Assembly (NCBI GenBank): GCA_051117435.1
Contig: JBNPED010000019.1
Location: forward strand, 133,476 to 197,475
Length of the DNA: 64,000 bases
Source of the DNA: Oceanicaulis sp.
Lineage (GTDB): Bacteria > Pseudomonadota > Alphaproteobacteria > Caulobacterales > Maricaulaceae
Direction of reading: 5' to 3'
This document shows positions 57,175 through 64,000 of the stretch, in pieces. Under the pieces are notes generated by a model, which had not been told where the DNA came from, ran no database searches, and saw only the letters and a list, made by a program, of their open reading frames with translations. The position numbers were made by a program, and so were the translations under genes. How positions within the stretch are numbered: the first letter of the stretch is position 1; every line of letters begins with the position of its first letter.

Positions 57175-57203
57175 ACGGGCCGCCGCGCAGGCGGCCCGTT
57201 TGT
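57175..57203 (+). terminator. Terminator-like hairpin after the DUF1838-like gene
   Basis: ACGGGCCGCC-gcgca-GGCGGCCCGT followed by TTGT. Confidence 0.55.
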
Positions 57204-57271
57204 CACGTAAATGCAACAGTGCGGCGCTCATGCGTCCTCGCCCCCTAGACGAGGCAGGGCGGGGCGGCGCC

Positions 57272-57287
57272 AAATGATATACCATTA
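57272..57287. promoter_or_regulatory. Palindromic operator (copy 2)
   Basis: AAATGATATACCATTA, 14/16 identical to copy 1, upstream of the TonB-dependent receptor. Confidence 0.75.
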
Positions 57288-57375
57288 AATCAAATCCGCC
57301 GCAGAAGGCCGGACCAACGGTCGGCGGAGATACGATGCGAGAGCCCGCACACGGGCGCCAAGGGGAGAGTGACAG

Positions 57376-59850
57376 GTGACCAGATTTGCATTGATGACGT
57401 CGGCCGCCGTTCTGGCGCTGACCGGCCTGACCGCGACATCGGCGACGGCGCAGGAGGGCTCCACGCCCGAGCCCGAAGCGGGCGCACAGCGCAGCCAGGA
57501 CGTGATCACGATCACGGCGCGCCGCCGCGAAGAGAGCCTTCTGGACGCGCCGGTGGCGGTAAGCGCGTTCGGAGAGGACGACATCCGCACGCTCGGCATT
57601 GAAAGCGTCGACGACGTGGCGCGCTTCACCCCCGGCTTGAGTTTCTCGGCCGCCTTCGGGCGCACCACCGAACGCCCGGTCGTGCGCGGCCAGTCCAACG
57701 TGCTCGCCGGCGTGCAGTTCGGCGTGGAGTCCGGCACCGCCTATTTCCTCGACGGGATCTACTATTCCGGTCCGATCTCCGCGCTTGACCCCAACGACCT
57801 CGAGCGCGTCGAAGTGATCAAGGGACCCCAGTCGGCGCTCTACGGCCGGAACACCTACGCCGGCGCGATCAACTATGTCACGCGCGGAGCCACGGACGAG
57901 TTCGAGGGCGATCTGCGCCTGCGCGCGGGCAGCCATGGCGAGCGCGAGATCGCCGGGCGCATCTCCGGCCCGCTGGTCGAAGACCGGCTCGGATACTCGA
58001 TCTCCGTGCGCGATTACAATTACGACGGCGAACACACCAATCTGGTCACCGGCGAGAAGGTGGGCCAGGAGACCTCGTTCAACGTCTCCGGCGTGATCGA
58101 GGCGAGCTTCACGCCGAACTGGGACCTGCGCCTGCGCGGGATGTATTTCTCGGACGACGACGGCACGCTGCCGATCTTCCTGCAGCCTTCCGCCGCGAAC
58201 AACTGCTCGCCCGGTTGGGGCTCGCTGTCGCGCTATCCCGCCTCGGGATCGACGAACAACAATCAGTATTTCTGCGGCGTGATCCAGCCGCGTCCGGTCC
58301 AGCTCAACACCGGTCCGGGACAGATCATTCTGGTCGACGGCGTTCCGAACACCGCGACCTTCCCGTTTTTGCCGCCGCCTTATTCGACGGCGGACGCCAC
58401 CGCCTTCGACGGGCTGGAGCGCGACGGGGTCATGGGCTCGGTGCAATCCAGCTGGGATATCGGCGGCTCGGGCTATGTCTTCGACGCCTCCGCGTCCTCC
58501 TGGACCCAGGAGCGCAAGTTCGGCACCGACTCCGACCATTCCAGCGTCAACTTCATCCTCGGCCCTCCCGGAGTCGCGGAGGCCTTCCTCGCCGACACCG
58601 GCCGCAAGGAGCAGAGCGACTACTCCTTGGAGGTGAAGCTCTCCTCTCCCGTGGACCGCGCCTTCCGCTGGGCGATCGGGGCGTTCTACTATGATTTTGA
58701 AGAGACCGGCTTCGATCTCTCCTTCGCCGATATCGAGCGCGGCGCGCTGTCGCTGAACATCGGCACCACCAACCAGGCGGTCTACGGCCTGGCCGAATAC
58801 GACTTCTCTCCCAACCTCACAGCCACGGTCGAGGCGCGCTGGGCCGAGGAAGAGAAGACGCGGACCGAAATCAGCACCGCGACCGGCGCGGTCACCCTGG
58901 AGCAGGAGGGCGCCTACGACAGCTTCACGCCGCGCTTCACGCTCGACTGGCAGACCGAGATGGGCCTGTTCTATGCGGTCTACGCCCAGGGCGTGAAGCC
59001 CGGCGGGCTCAACGGCTCGTCAGGCGCCACGGTCGGCCAGGAGGTCTTCGACCAGGAAGAGTCCGACAATTACGAGCTGGGCTACAAGAACACCCTGCTC
59101 GGCGGCGATGCGGTGCTCACCGCGGCCGGCTACTTCATCGAAGCCAGCGACGTGCAGGTGACCCGGGCGGTCGCCGCGCTCGCGGGCGGCTCGGGCACCT
59201 CGATCGCGGTCAATCAGGGCGCGGCCGAAATCTGGGGCGTGGAGCTTGCCTGGAACCACGCGCCGGCGGACTTCTTCACCTACGGGCTCACCTATGCGTG
59301 GACCTCGCCTGAGTTCACCGAGGGCTGCGACGACTTCCAGTGGACGCTGACCTCGGGCGGCGGCGTGATCGATCCCGGCTCCTCGGCGCCGGGCACCGGA
59401 ACCGAGTTCTTCGGCCAGACCGGAAACTGCGACATTTCCGGCAATCAGCTGCCGCTGACTTCGGAACACCAGTTCTCCGCGTTCGGCGAGTTCCGCGCTC
59501 CGCTCGGCGGAGGCTGGGAATGGTTCGCCCAGTCCGACGTCACCTATGAGTCCTCCAAATTCGTCCAGGTCCACAATCTGGCCGAAACCGGCGAAACCAC
59601 GCTGATCGGCGCGCGCCTGGGCGTGGAGACCGACACCATGACCTTCCAGGTCTGGGGCCGGAATATCGGCGACGAGGATTCCATCATCATGGCCACGCGG
59701 TGGGGCCAGACGCCCTATCATTTCGGCGGCGCGTTCAGCCCGGACATCGCCCCTGCGGGCGCGGCGGGCGGCTTCTTCCCGACCCGGGCCTTCTTCGGCA
59801 ATCTGCGCCGGGGGCCGGCCTACGGCGTCGAGGCGCGGCTGCGCTTCTAA
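57376..59850 (+). CDS. TonB-dependent receptor
   Basis: Signal peptide, TonB box DVITITARRREE, plug motif ERVEVIKGPQSALYGRN..AGAIN, C-terminal YGVEARLRF. Confidence 0.97.
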   Translation: MTRFALMTSAAVLALTGLTATSATAQEGSTPEPEAGAQRSQDVITITARRREESLLDAPVAVSAFGEDDIRTLGIESVDDVARFTPGLSFSAAFGRTTERPVVRGQSNVLAGVQFGVESGTAYFLDGIYYSGPISALDPNDLERVEVIKGPQSALYGRNTYAGAINYVTRGATDEFEGDLRLRAGSHGEREIAGRISGPLVEDRLGYSISVRDYNYDGEHTNLVTGEKVGQETSFNVSGVIEASFTPNWDLRLRGMYFSDDDGTLPIFLQPSAANNCSPGWGSLSRYPASGSTNNNQYFCGVIQPRPVQLNTGPGQIILVDGVPNTATFPFLPPPYSTADATAFDGLERDGVMGSVQSSWDIGGSGYVFDASASSWTQERKFGTDSDHSSVNFILGPPGVAEAFLADTGRKEQSDYSLEVKLSSPVDRAFRWAIGAFYYDFEETGFDLSFADIERGALSLNIGTTNQAVYGLAEYDFSPNLTATVEARWAEEEKTRTEISTATGAVTLEQEGAYDSFTPRFTLDWQTEMGLFYAVYAQGVKPGGLNGSSGATVGQEVFDQEESDNYELGYKNTLLGGDAVLTAAGYFIEASDVQVTRAVAALAGGSGTSIAVNQGAAEIWGVELAWNHAPADFFTYGLTYAWTSPEFTEGCDDFQWTLTSGGGVIDPGSSAPGTGTEFFGQTGNCDISGNQLPLTSEHQFSAFGEFRAPLGGGWEWFAQSDVTYESSKFVQVHNLAETGETTLIGARLGVETDTMTFQVWGRNIGDEDSIIMATRWGQTPYHFGGAFSPDIAPAGAAGGFFPTRAFFGNLRRGPAYGVEARLRF

Positions 59851-59875
59851 ACCCCGGGGCGGCTTGATGCGGGGG

Positions 59876-59913
59876 AACGGCCGGGCGCCTGGCGTCCGGC
59901 CGTTTCTGTTTCC
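59876..59913 (+). terminator. Hairpin (terminator or processing site) between the receptor and the CpcT-like gene
   Basis: AACGGCCGGGCGCC-t-GGCGTCCGGCCGTT followed by TCTGTTTCCC. Confidence 0.5.
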
Positions 59914-59934
59914 CTTCACAGAGAAGGCTTTGAC

Positions 59935-60963
59935 ATGCTTCGCGCTTTCATCACCGGCGCCGCCTTGGCGCTGACCGGTTTCGCGCCGGTCTCCGCCCAG
60001 GCGCCGCAAGGCGTGCAGGACGCCGACTTCGCCGAATTCCTGTCCTGGTTCGAGGGCCGGTTCGATAATGATCATCAGGTCTTCTTCGCCGAGGCGCTCG
60101 GCGTGCCGGAGGATGCGCGCCATGAACGCATCCATTCGATCTTCCGGCCGGTGGACCCGCCGCAGATCGGCGCGCACGTATTTTATGTGGAGCAATACTC
60201 GAACGCCGATCCGGCCGACCTCTACCGCCAAAGGCTCTACGTCTTCGAGCCGGTCTACGAGACCGGCGAGATCCGCCTCGACATTCTGGCGCCGCGCGAC
60301 CCCGGCGCGCTCGCCGGCGCCCATCTCGACCCGTCCAGGCTTGAAGGCCTCACGCGGGAGGATTTCGTCGCCTATCCCCAATGCGCGGTCTATTGGCGCC
60401 GTCAGGAGAACCAGTTCGTCGGCGAGACCCGGCGGGGCGAGTGCCGGATCGAAAGCACGCGCTCGGGCCGCACGCTGGTGATCGAGGATGATCTCGTGCT
60501 CACCCCGGACGCGATCTGGATTCTCGACCGCGCGGAGACGGAAGAGGGCGAATACGTCTACGGCAACCGCGCCGGCGTTCCCCACAAGCTGCGCCGGGCG
60601 CGGCCGTTCCAGTGCTGGGTGGCGGTGCTGCGCGGCGCCGAACACGGCGACAGCGGCGAGGGCGTGCCCCCTTCGGCCTGGGATTTCCGCCAGGACGTCT
60701 TCATCCATGACCAGGGCGGGCGCGCTCAGATCGTCACCGATGAGGAGACCCCGCGGACCGTCGAGCTGCGCCTGCGCGACGTGGTCTGGCCGGACGCCTC
60801 GCGCCGGCCCTCGCTGACGCTCTACGTGCACGAAAACGGCTCGGACCGCGCCACCAGCTACGCCTGGACCGAAGGCGGCGCCGAGCGGGTCGGACTGAAC
60901 CTGCGCTGGCTGCAGGCGAGCTGCACCCATGCGCCGGGGGTGTGGGGGCCGGCGGGGGAGTAG
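59935..60963 (+). CDS. CpcT/CpeT (T-type bilin lyase)-like secreted protein with extra C-terminal domain
   Basis: Signal peptide; WFEGRFDN..Q, HERIH, YVEQY, LYRQRLY, C.V.W, F.G.....EC, ILDRA, VYG. Confidence 0.78.
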   Translation: MLRAFITGAALALTGFAPVSAQAPQGVQDADFAEFLSWFEGRFDNDHQVFFAEALGVPEDARHERIHSIFRPVDPPQIGAHVFYVEQYSNADPADLYRQRLYVFEPVYETGEIRLDILAPRDPGALAGAHLDPSRLEGLTREDFVAYPQCAVYWRRQENQFVGETRRGECRIESTRSGRTLVIEDDLVLTPDAIWILDRAETEEGEYVYGNRAGVPHKLRRARPFQCWVAVLRGAEHGDSGEGVPPSAWDFRQDVFIHDQGGRAQIVTDEETPRTVELRLRDVVWPDASRRPSLTLYVHENGSDRATSYAWTEGGAERVGLNLRWLQASCTHAPGVWGPAGE

Positions 60964-61013
60964 TCGGCTTGACCTTCCCTTCATGTCCTTAGGTGATCGC
61001 GTTCGCCGGTCAG

Positions 61014-61173
61014 GCCTCCCCGTCGTTCCATGCTGGAGGACACCGCAAGGCGATCGCAGGCTGTCAAGGACGGGCCTTCGGCCCGCCGCGCCGCGGCGAC
61101 CGGGCGAACGCCCGGTCGTCCTTGACAGCCTGCGACACTTGCGAAAATGGCTCGGCATGGATCGACGGAGAGG
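61014..61173. repeat. Nested inverted-repeat (cruciform) intergenic element
   Basis: Perfect 19-bp IR 61054-61072/61117-61135 enclosing internal hairpins; imperfect outer IR 61015-61038/61151-61173. Confidence 0.8.
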
Positions 61174-61394
61174 TAGGGAGACGCCGTCACCTTGGCCGAG
61201 CGAACACCCCGAGGCTGTGTGAGCGCTCACTCACGTCAGCGGCGTTTCAACACGCCTCCCGCGCACGAAATCGCTTTCAGCATGACAGGGCTCTCAAGCC
61301 CAGGGTTCTATCGCGGTCGGTGGAAAGCCTCCCCCCTTGCACCCCCGGCGCCGCCCGTCTAGCTCACGGGACCGACGCGCAACGGAGCCCGCCC

Positions 61395-62270
61395 ATGACC
61401 GACGACATCGAAATCGACGACAGCCCGCTCACCGACCGCGAGGATCCCAAAGGCCGCGTGCTCATCGTCGCCGGTTCCGACAGCTCGGGCGGGGCGGGAA
61501 TCCAGGCCGACATCAAGACGGTCACCGCGCTTGGCGGCTATGCGGCCACCGCGATCAGCGCCGTGACCGTGCAGTCGACCGAGGGCGTACGCGCCGTCCA
61601 CCCGATCCCGCAGGACATCCTCGCCGGACAGATCGAGGCCGTGCTCACCGATATCGGCGCGGACGTCATCAAGACCGGCATGCTGGGCTCGGCCGAGACC
61701 GTGGACACGGTGCTCCAGGCCCTGGACGCGCATGCCGATCCGGCGATTCCCCTGATCATCGATCCGGTCATGGTCGCGGCCTCCGGCGACCGCCTGGTGG
61801 ACGACACCGCGCTTGAAGCCATTCGCGACCGGCTGGCCCCTCGCGCCTATCTGCTCACCCCCAACATGCCCGAAGCCGCCGCCCTGACCGGTGTCGAGGT
61901 GGAGGACATGGACGGCCAGCGCGAAGCGGCCGAAATCCTGCTCAAGTGCGGGGCCAAGGCGGTGCTGGTGAAGGGCGGCCATGTGGAGAGCGGCGACGTG
62001 ATCGACTTGCTGGCCACCCGCAACGGCGTGCGCCTGTTCACCCGCCCGCGCATCAAGACCCGCCACACCCACGGCACGGGCTGCACGCTGGCGAGCGCGA
62101 TCGCCGCGCTGGTCGCCCAGGGTCTCAGCCTCGACCGCGCGGTGGAGCAGGGCGGCGACTATCTCCATGAGGCGATCAAACGCGCGCCCGGCTTCGGCAA
62201 GGGCGCCGGGCCGGTCCATCACGGCTGGACGATGTCGGGCGGCTTCGGCCACGCGCCGGTGCGCGAGTAG
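61395..62270 (+). CDS. thiD: Hydroxymethylpyrimidine/phosphomethylpyrimidine kinase
   Basis: AGSDSSGGAGIQADIKT, KTGML, DPVM, TPN.PEA, KGGH, HTHGTGCTL.SAI. Confidence 0.95.
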   Translation: MTDDIEIDDSPLTDREDPKGRVLIVAGSDSSGGAGIQADIKTVTALGGYAATAISAVTVQSTEGVRAVHPIPQDILAGQIEAVLTDIGADVIKTGMLGSAETVDTVLQALDAHADPAIPLIIDPVMVAASGDRLVDDTALEAIRDRLAPRAYLLTPNMPEAAALTGVEVEDMDGQREAAEILLKCGAKAVLVKGGHVESGDVIDLLATRNGVRLFTRPRIKTRHTHGTGCTLASAIAALVAQGLSLDRAVEQGGDYLHEAIKRAPGFGKGAGPVHHGWTMSGGFGHAPVRE

Positions 62271-62273
62271 GCC

Positions 62274-63713
62274 CTACTCCGCCGCCATCATCGCCGGGGC
62301 GAGGGCCGCGAGGAGCGGGCCCCATTTGTCGTCGGCGTCCGAAACGCGGCCGTCATAGAGGATGCGGTCCTCATAGCCGGTGATCCAGAGCGCGTCGGGA
62401 TTTCTGCGCGCGATGACGATATCGCTCTGGCGGTCCGAATGGGGCGTGCGGTGCAGGCGGAAGACGACGATCCCGTCCGCCATCGCCTCGCCCAGCGGGC
62501 CGGGCAGGTGGGCGAGGCGGTCGTCGCCCTCGATGACGGAGACCAGCTCCATCTTGCCGGCTTCGGTGGAGAGCGCGAAGCGCGAGCGCTCGATGCCGGA
62601 GAGGCCATGCTGGCTTTCGGCGTGGAGCTTCCAGGCGGTCTCCACCGGCACGGCGAAGGCGCGGTGGCCCTCGATCTCCCGGCACTGGAAGAAATAGTGA
62701 TTGTTCACGCCCATGCGCTTCAATTCCTGCTGCATCAGGCGCAGCGTATCGGCGTCGTCATTGACCGAATCGATGATCGGCGTCTGGTTCTCCAGCGTCA
62801 CGAAGGGGCGCGAGCGCAGCTGTCTTGCGGCGTTTTCCACCAGCGGATTGCGCAGAACGCGGCCCTGCTCGTCGCGCACATACTCGCCCGCCTCGTTGAG
62901 GCGCAGGAACTCGTCCGGGTGGGTGAAGTGGACCATGAAGGCGAGCAGGACCTGCGGGTGCAGCTCGTGGAACAGGTCCAGCATCTCGAAGAAATTCGCG
63001 TCGAACCGCTCGGGGAAGAAGGCCATCTCCTTGGTCCCGATGCGGATCACCTCCAGCCCGGCCTCGGCCAGACCGTTCAGGTAGTCGAACAGATTGCGGT
63101 TCGACAGGACCATGGGATCGCCGCCCGACAGAAGCGCCTCGCGAATCTTCGGCTTGTCGGTGATCTCGCCGGACGCGACCTTGGCGTTGTGGGAGGTCAC
63201 GTACGCCTTGATCTCATGGATCGAGGCGGTGTCCTTCTCCGTCTTGCCGGTGAGGAAGTCGGAGCGGTAGCAGTACCGGCACCAGCTCGAGCACGCGCGC
63301 ACCACGTAGAGAAGGATCAGCTCGTACTTGTGCAAGAGGCCCGGCGTCGGGGAGTATTTCAACTGATTGGACGGATCGGCCTCGCCGCTGAGGTCGTCCA
63401 TCTCCTCCGGGCGCGCCTTGATGAGGTTCTTCACCGCTTCGGAGCGGCGCGCCAGATCGAGATAATATCCCGTGGCGCGCGGCGGCAGGCGATCGGACAC
63501 GCCGGCGGCTTCGAGCTCGTCGAGCTCGGCCTGGGAGTACACTTCCGCGCCGCCGTTTTCGACATAGTCGCGATAGCGCGCGATGTCGTGGATGACATAG
63601 CGCTGGAACTTCGTCTCTTCGATGCGCGCGTAGAGATTGTCCTTGTGACGGCGGGAGACCGCCTTCTTCTTCGGACGCGAACCGGCGATGCGGATTTTTC
63701 CGTCAAGCGGCAT
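62274..63713 (-). CDS. KamA-family radical SAM aminomutase-like protein
   Basis: HKYE, CSSWCRYCYR (CxxxCxxC), LLSGGDPM, IRIGTK, HFTHPDE, NQTP, VNDD, YFFQ, STEAGK. Confidence 0.88.
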   Translation of the reverse strand: MPLDGKIRIAGSRPKKKAVSRRHKDNLYARIEETKFQRYVIHDIARYRDYVENGGAEVYSQAELDELEAAGVSDRLPPRATGYYLDLARRSEAVKNLIKARPEEMDDLSGEADPSNQLKYSPTPGLLHKYELILLYVVRACSSWCRYCYRSDFLTGKTEKDTASIHEIKAYVTSHNAKVASGEITDKPKIREALLSGGDPMVLSNRNLFDYLNGLAEAGLEVIRIGTKEMAFFPERFDANFFEMLDLFHELHPQVLLAFMVHFTHPDEFLRLNEAGEYVRDEQGRVLRNPLVENAARQLRSRPFVTLENQTPIIDSVNDDADTLRLMQQELKRMGVNNHYFFQCREIEGHRAFAVPVETAWKLHAESQHGLSGIERSRFALSTEAGKMELVSVIEGDDRLAHLPGPLGEAMADGIVVFRLHRTPHSDRQSDIVIARRNPDALWITGYEDRILYDGRVSDADDKWGPLLAALAPAMMAAE

Positions 63714-64000
63714 AGGGCTCTCCTCGTCGTCGACTGCTCGGCGGCGGCGATACGCCAGCGATGGGGTATGGCGCGGAACGCAACCCGGTCCCGCAGGGCT
63801 CGAACATTTAGCCCGCGATCATCTGGAAAGACGGATGGTCTCCAGGTCCGCCCCCGGACCTGATCGGCCCGCCCTCGGCGGCGAGGGGGAAAATAGCGGG
63901 TTTCGCGCAGAATGGAACAGCCGCACGGCTTTTTTCGCGGAACAAGAATGAATGGCCCGCGTAACGGCTGCGCTTCGAAACAGGCTTTTGTCAGGCCGGC

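Noticed and set aside
60929-61222. ORFs 60929..61222 (+) and 60981..61190 (-) across the cruciform element
   Set aside because: No SD, no recognisable motif, and they run through perfect inverted repeats; probably not coding.
60964-61394. TPP riboswitch upstream of thiD
   Set aside because: The conserved CTGAGA and TGAACCTGA..GGGA elements are absent.
62274-63713. Calling this gene epmB
   Set aside because: Longer than typical EpmB, different PLP-site context and no efp/epmA adjacent; left as KamA-like.
1-64000. CRISPR array, tRNA, rRNA, transposase, integrase or prophage genes
   Set aside because: No regularly spaced direct repeats, tRNA arms or mobile-element protein motifs were seen by eye; tRNAscan, Infernal and ISfinder searches would be needed to exclude them formally.

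Overview
A ~70% GC chromosomal segment of a Caulobacterales-type alphaproteobacterium, probably Maricaulaceae (inferred from the long YidC tail, the Caulobacter-like DnaA and the gene order). Most of it is housekeeping: rpmH-rnpA-yidC-engB, bolA/DnaJ-domain/cobS/cobT, purEK, ubiE, mutM, rpsT-dnaA-dnaN-recF, ispE, ETF-QO, dnaX, SRP RNA, nudC, a LexA-controlled imuA-imuB-dnaE2 cassette and thiD. No tRNA, rRNA, CRISPR array, transposase or prophage gene was seen. Many long ORFs in the supplied track are antisense shadows of real genes. The best candidate for an undescribed system is 56.2-61.0 kb: a secreted DUF1838-like protein, a TonB-dependent receptor and a signal-peptide-bearing CpcT/CpeT (bilin lyase)-like protein, with a near-identical 16-bp palindromic operator in front of the first two genes. 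This suggests a co-regulated periplasmic uptake or handling system, possibly for bilins/tetrapyrroles, in a window with no phycobiliprotein genes. Other notable items: a cyanobacterial-type SbtA-SbtB bicarbonate module with a divergent LysR, a vapBC pair inserted antisense between cobS and cobT, a Fur-box-preceded small gene, an unlisted 35-aa membrane sORF, a probable non-canonical rnpA start, a DnaA lacking the canonical arginine finger, a REP-like repeat family, a ~160-nt nested cruciform element and an orphan KamA-like radical SAM enzyme. All family assignments come from motif recognition by eye; no database search was run.
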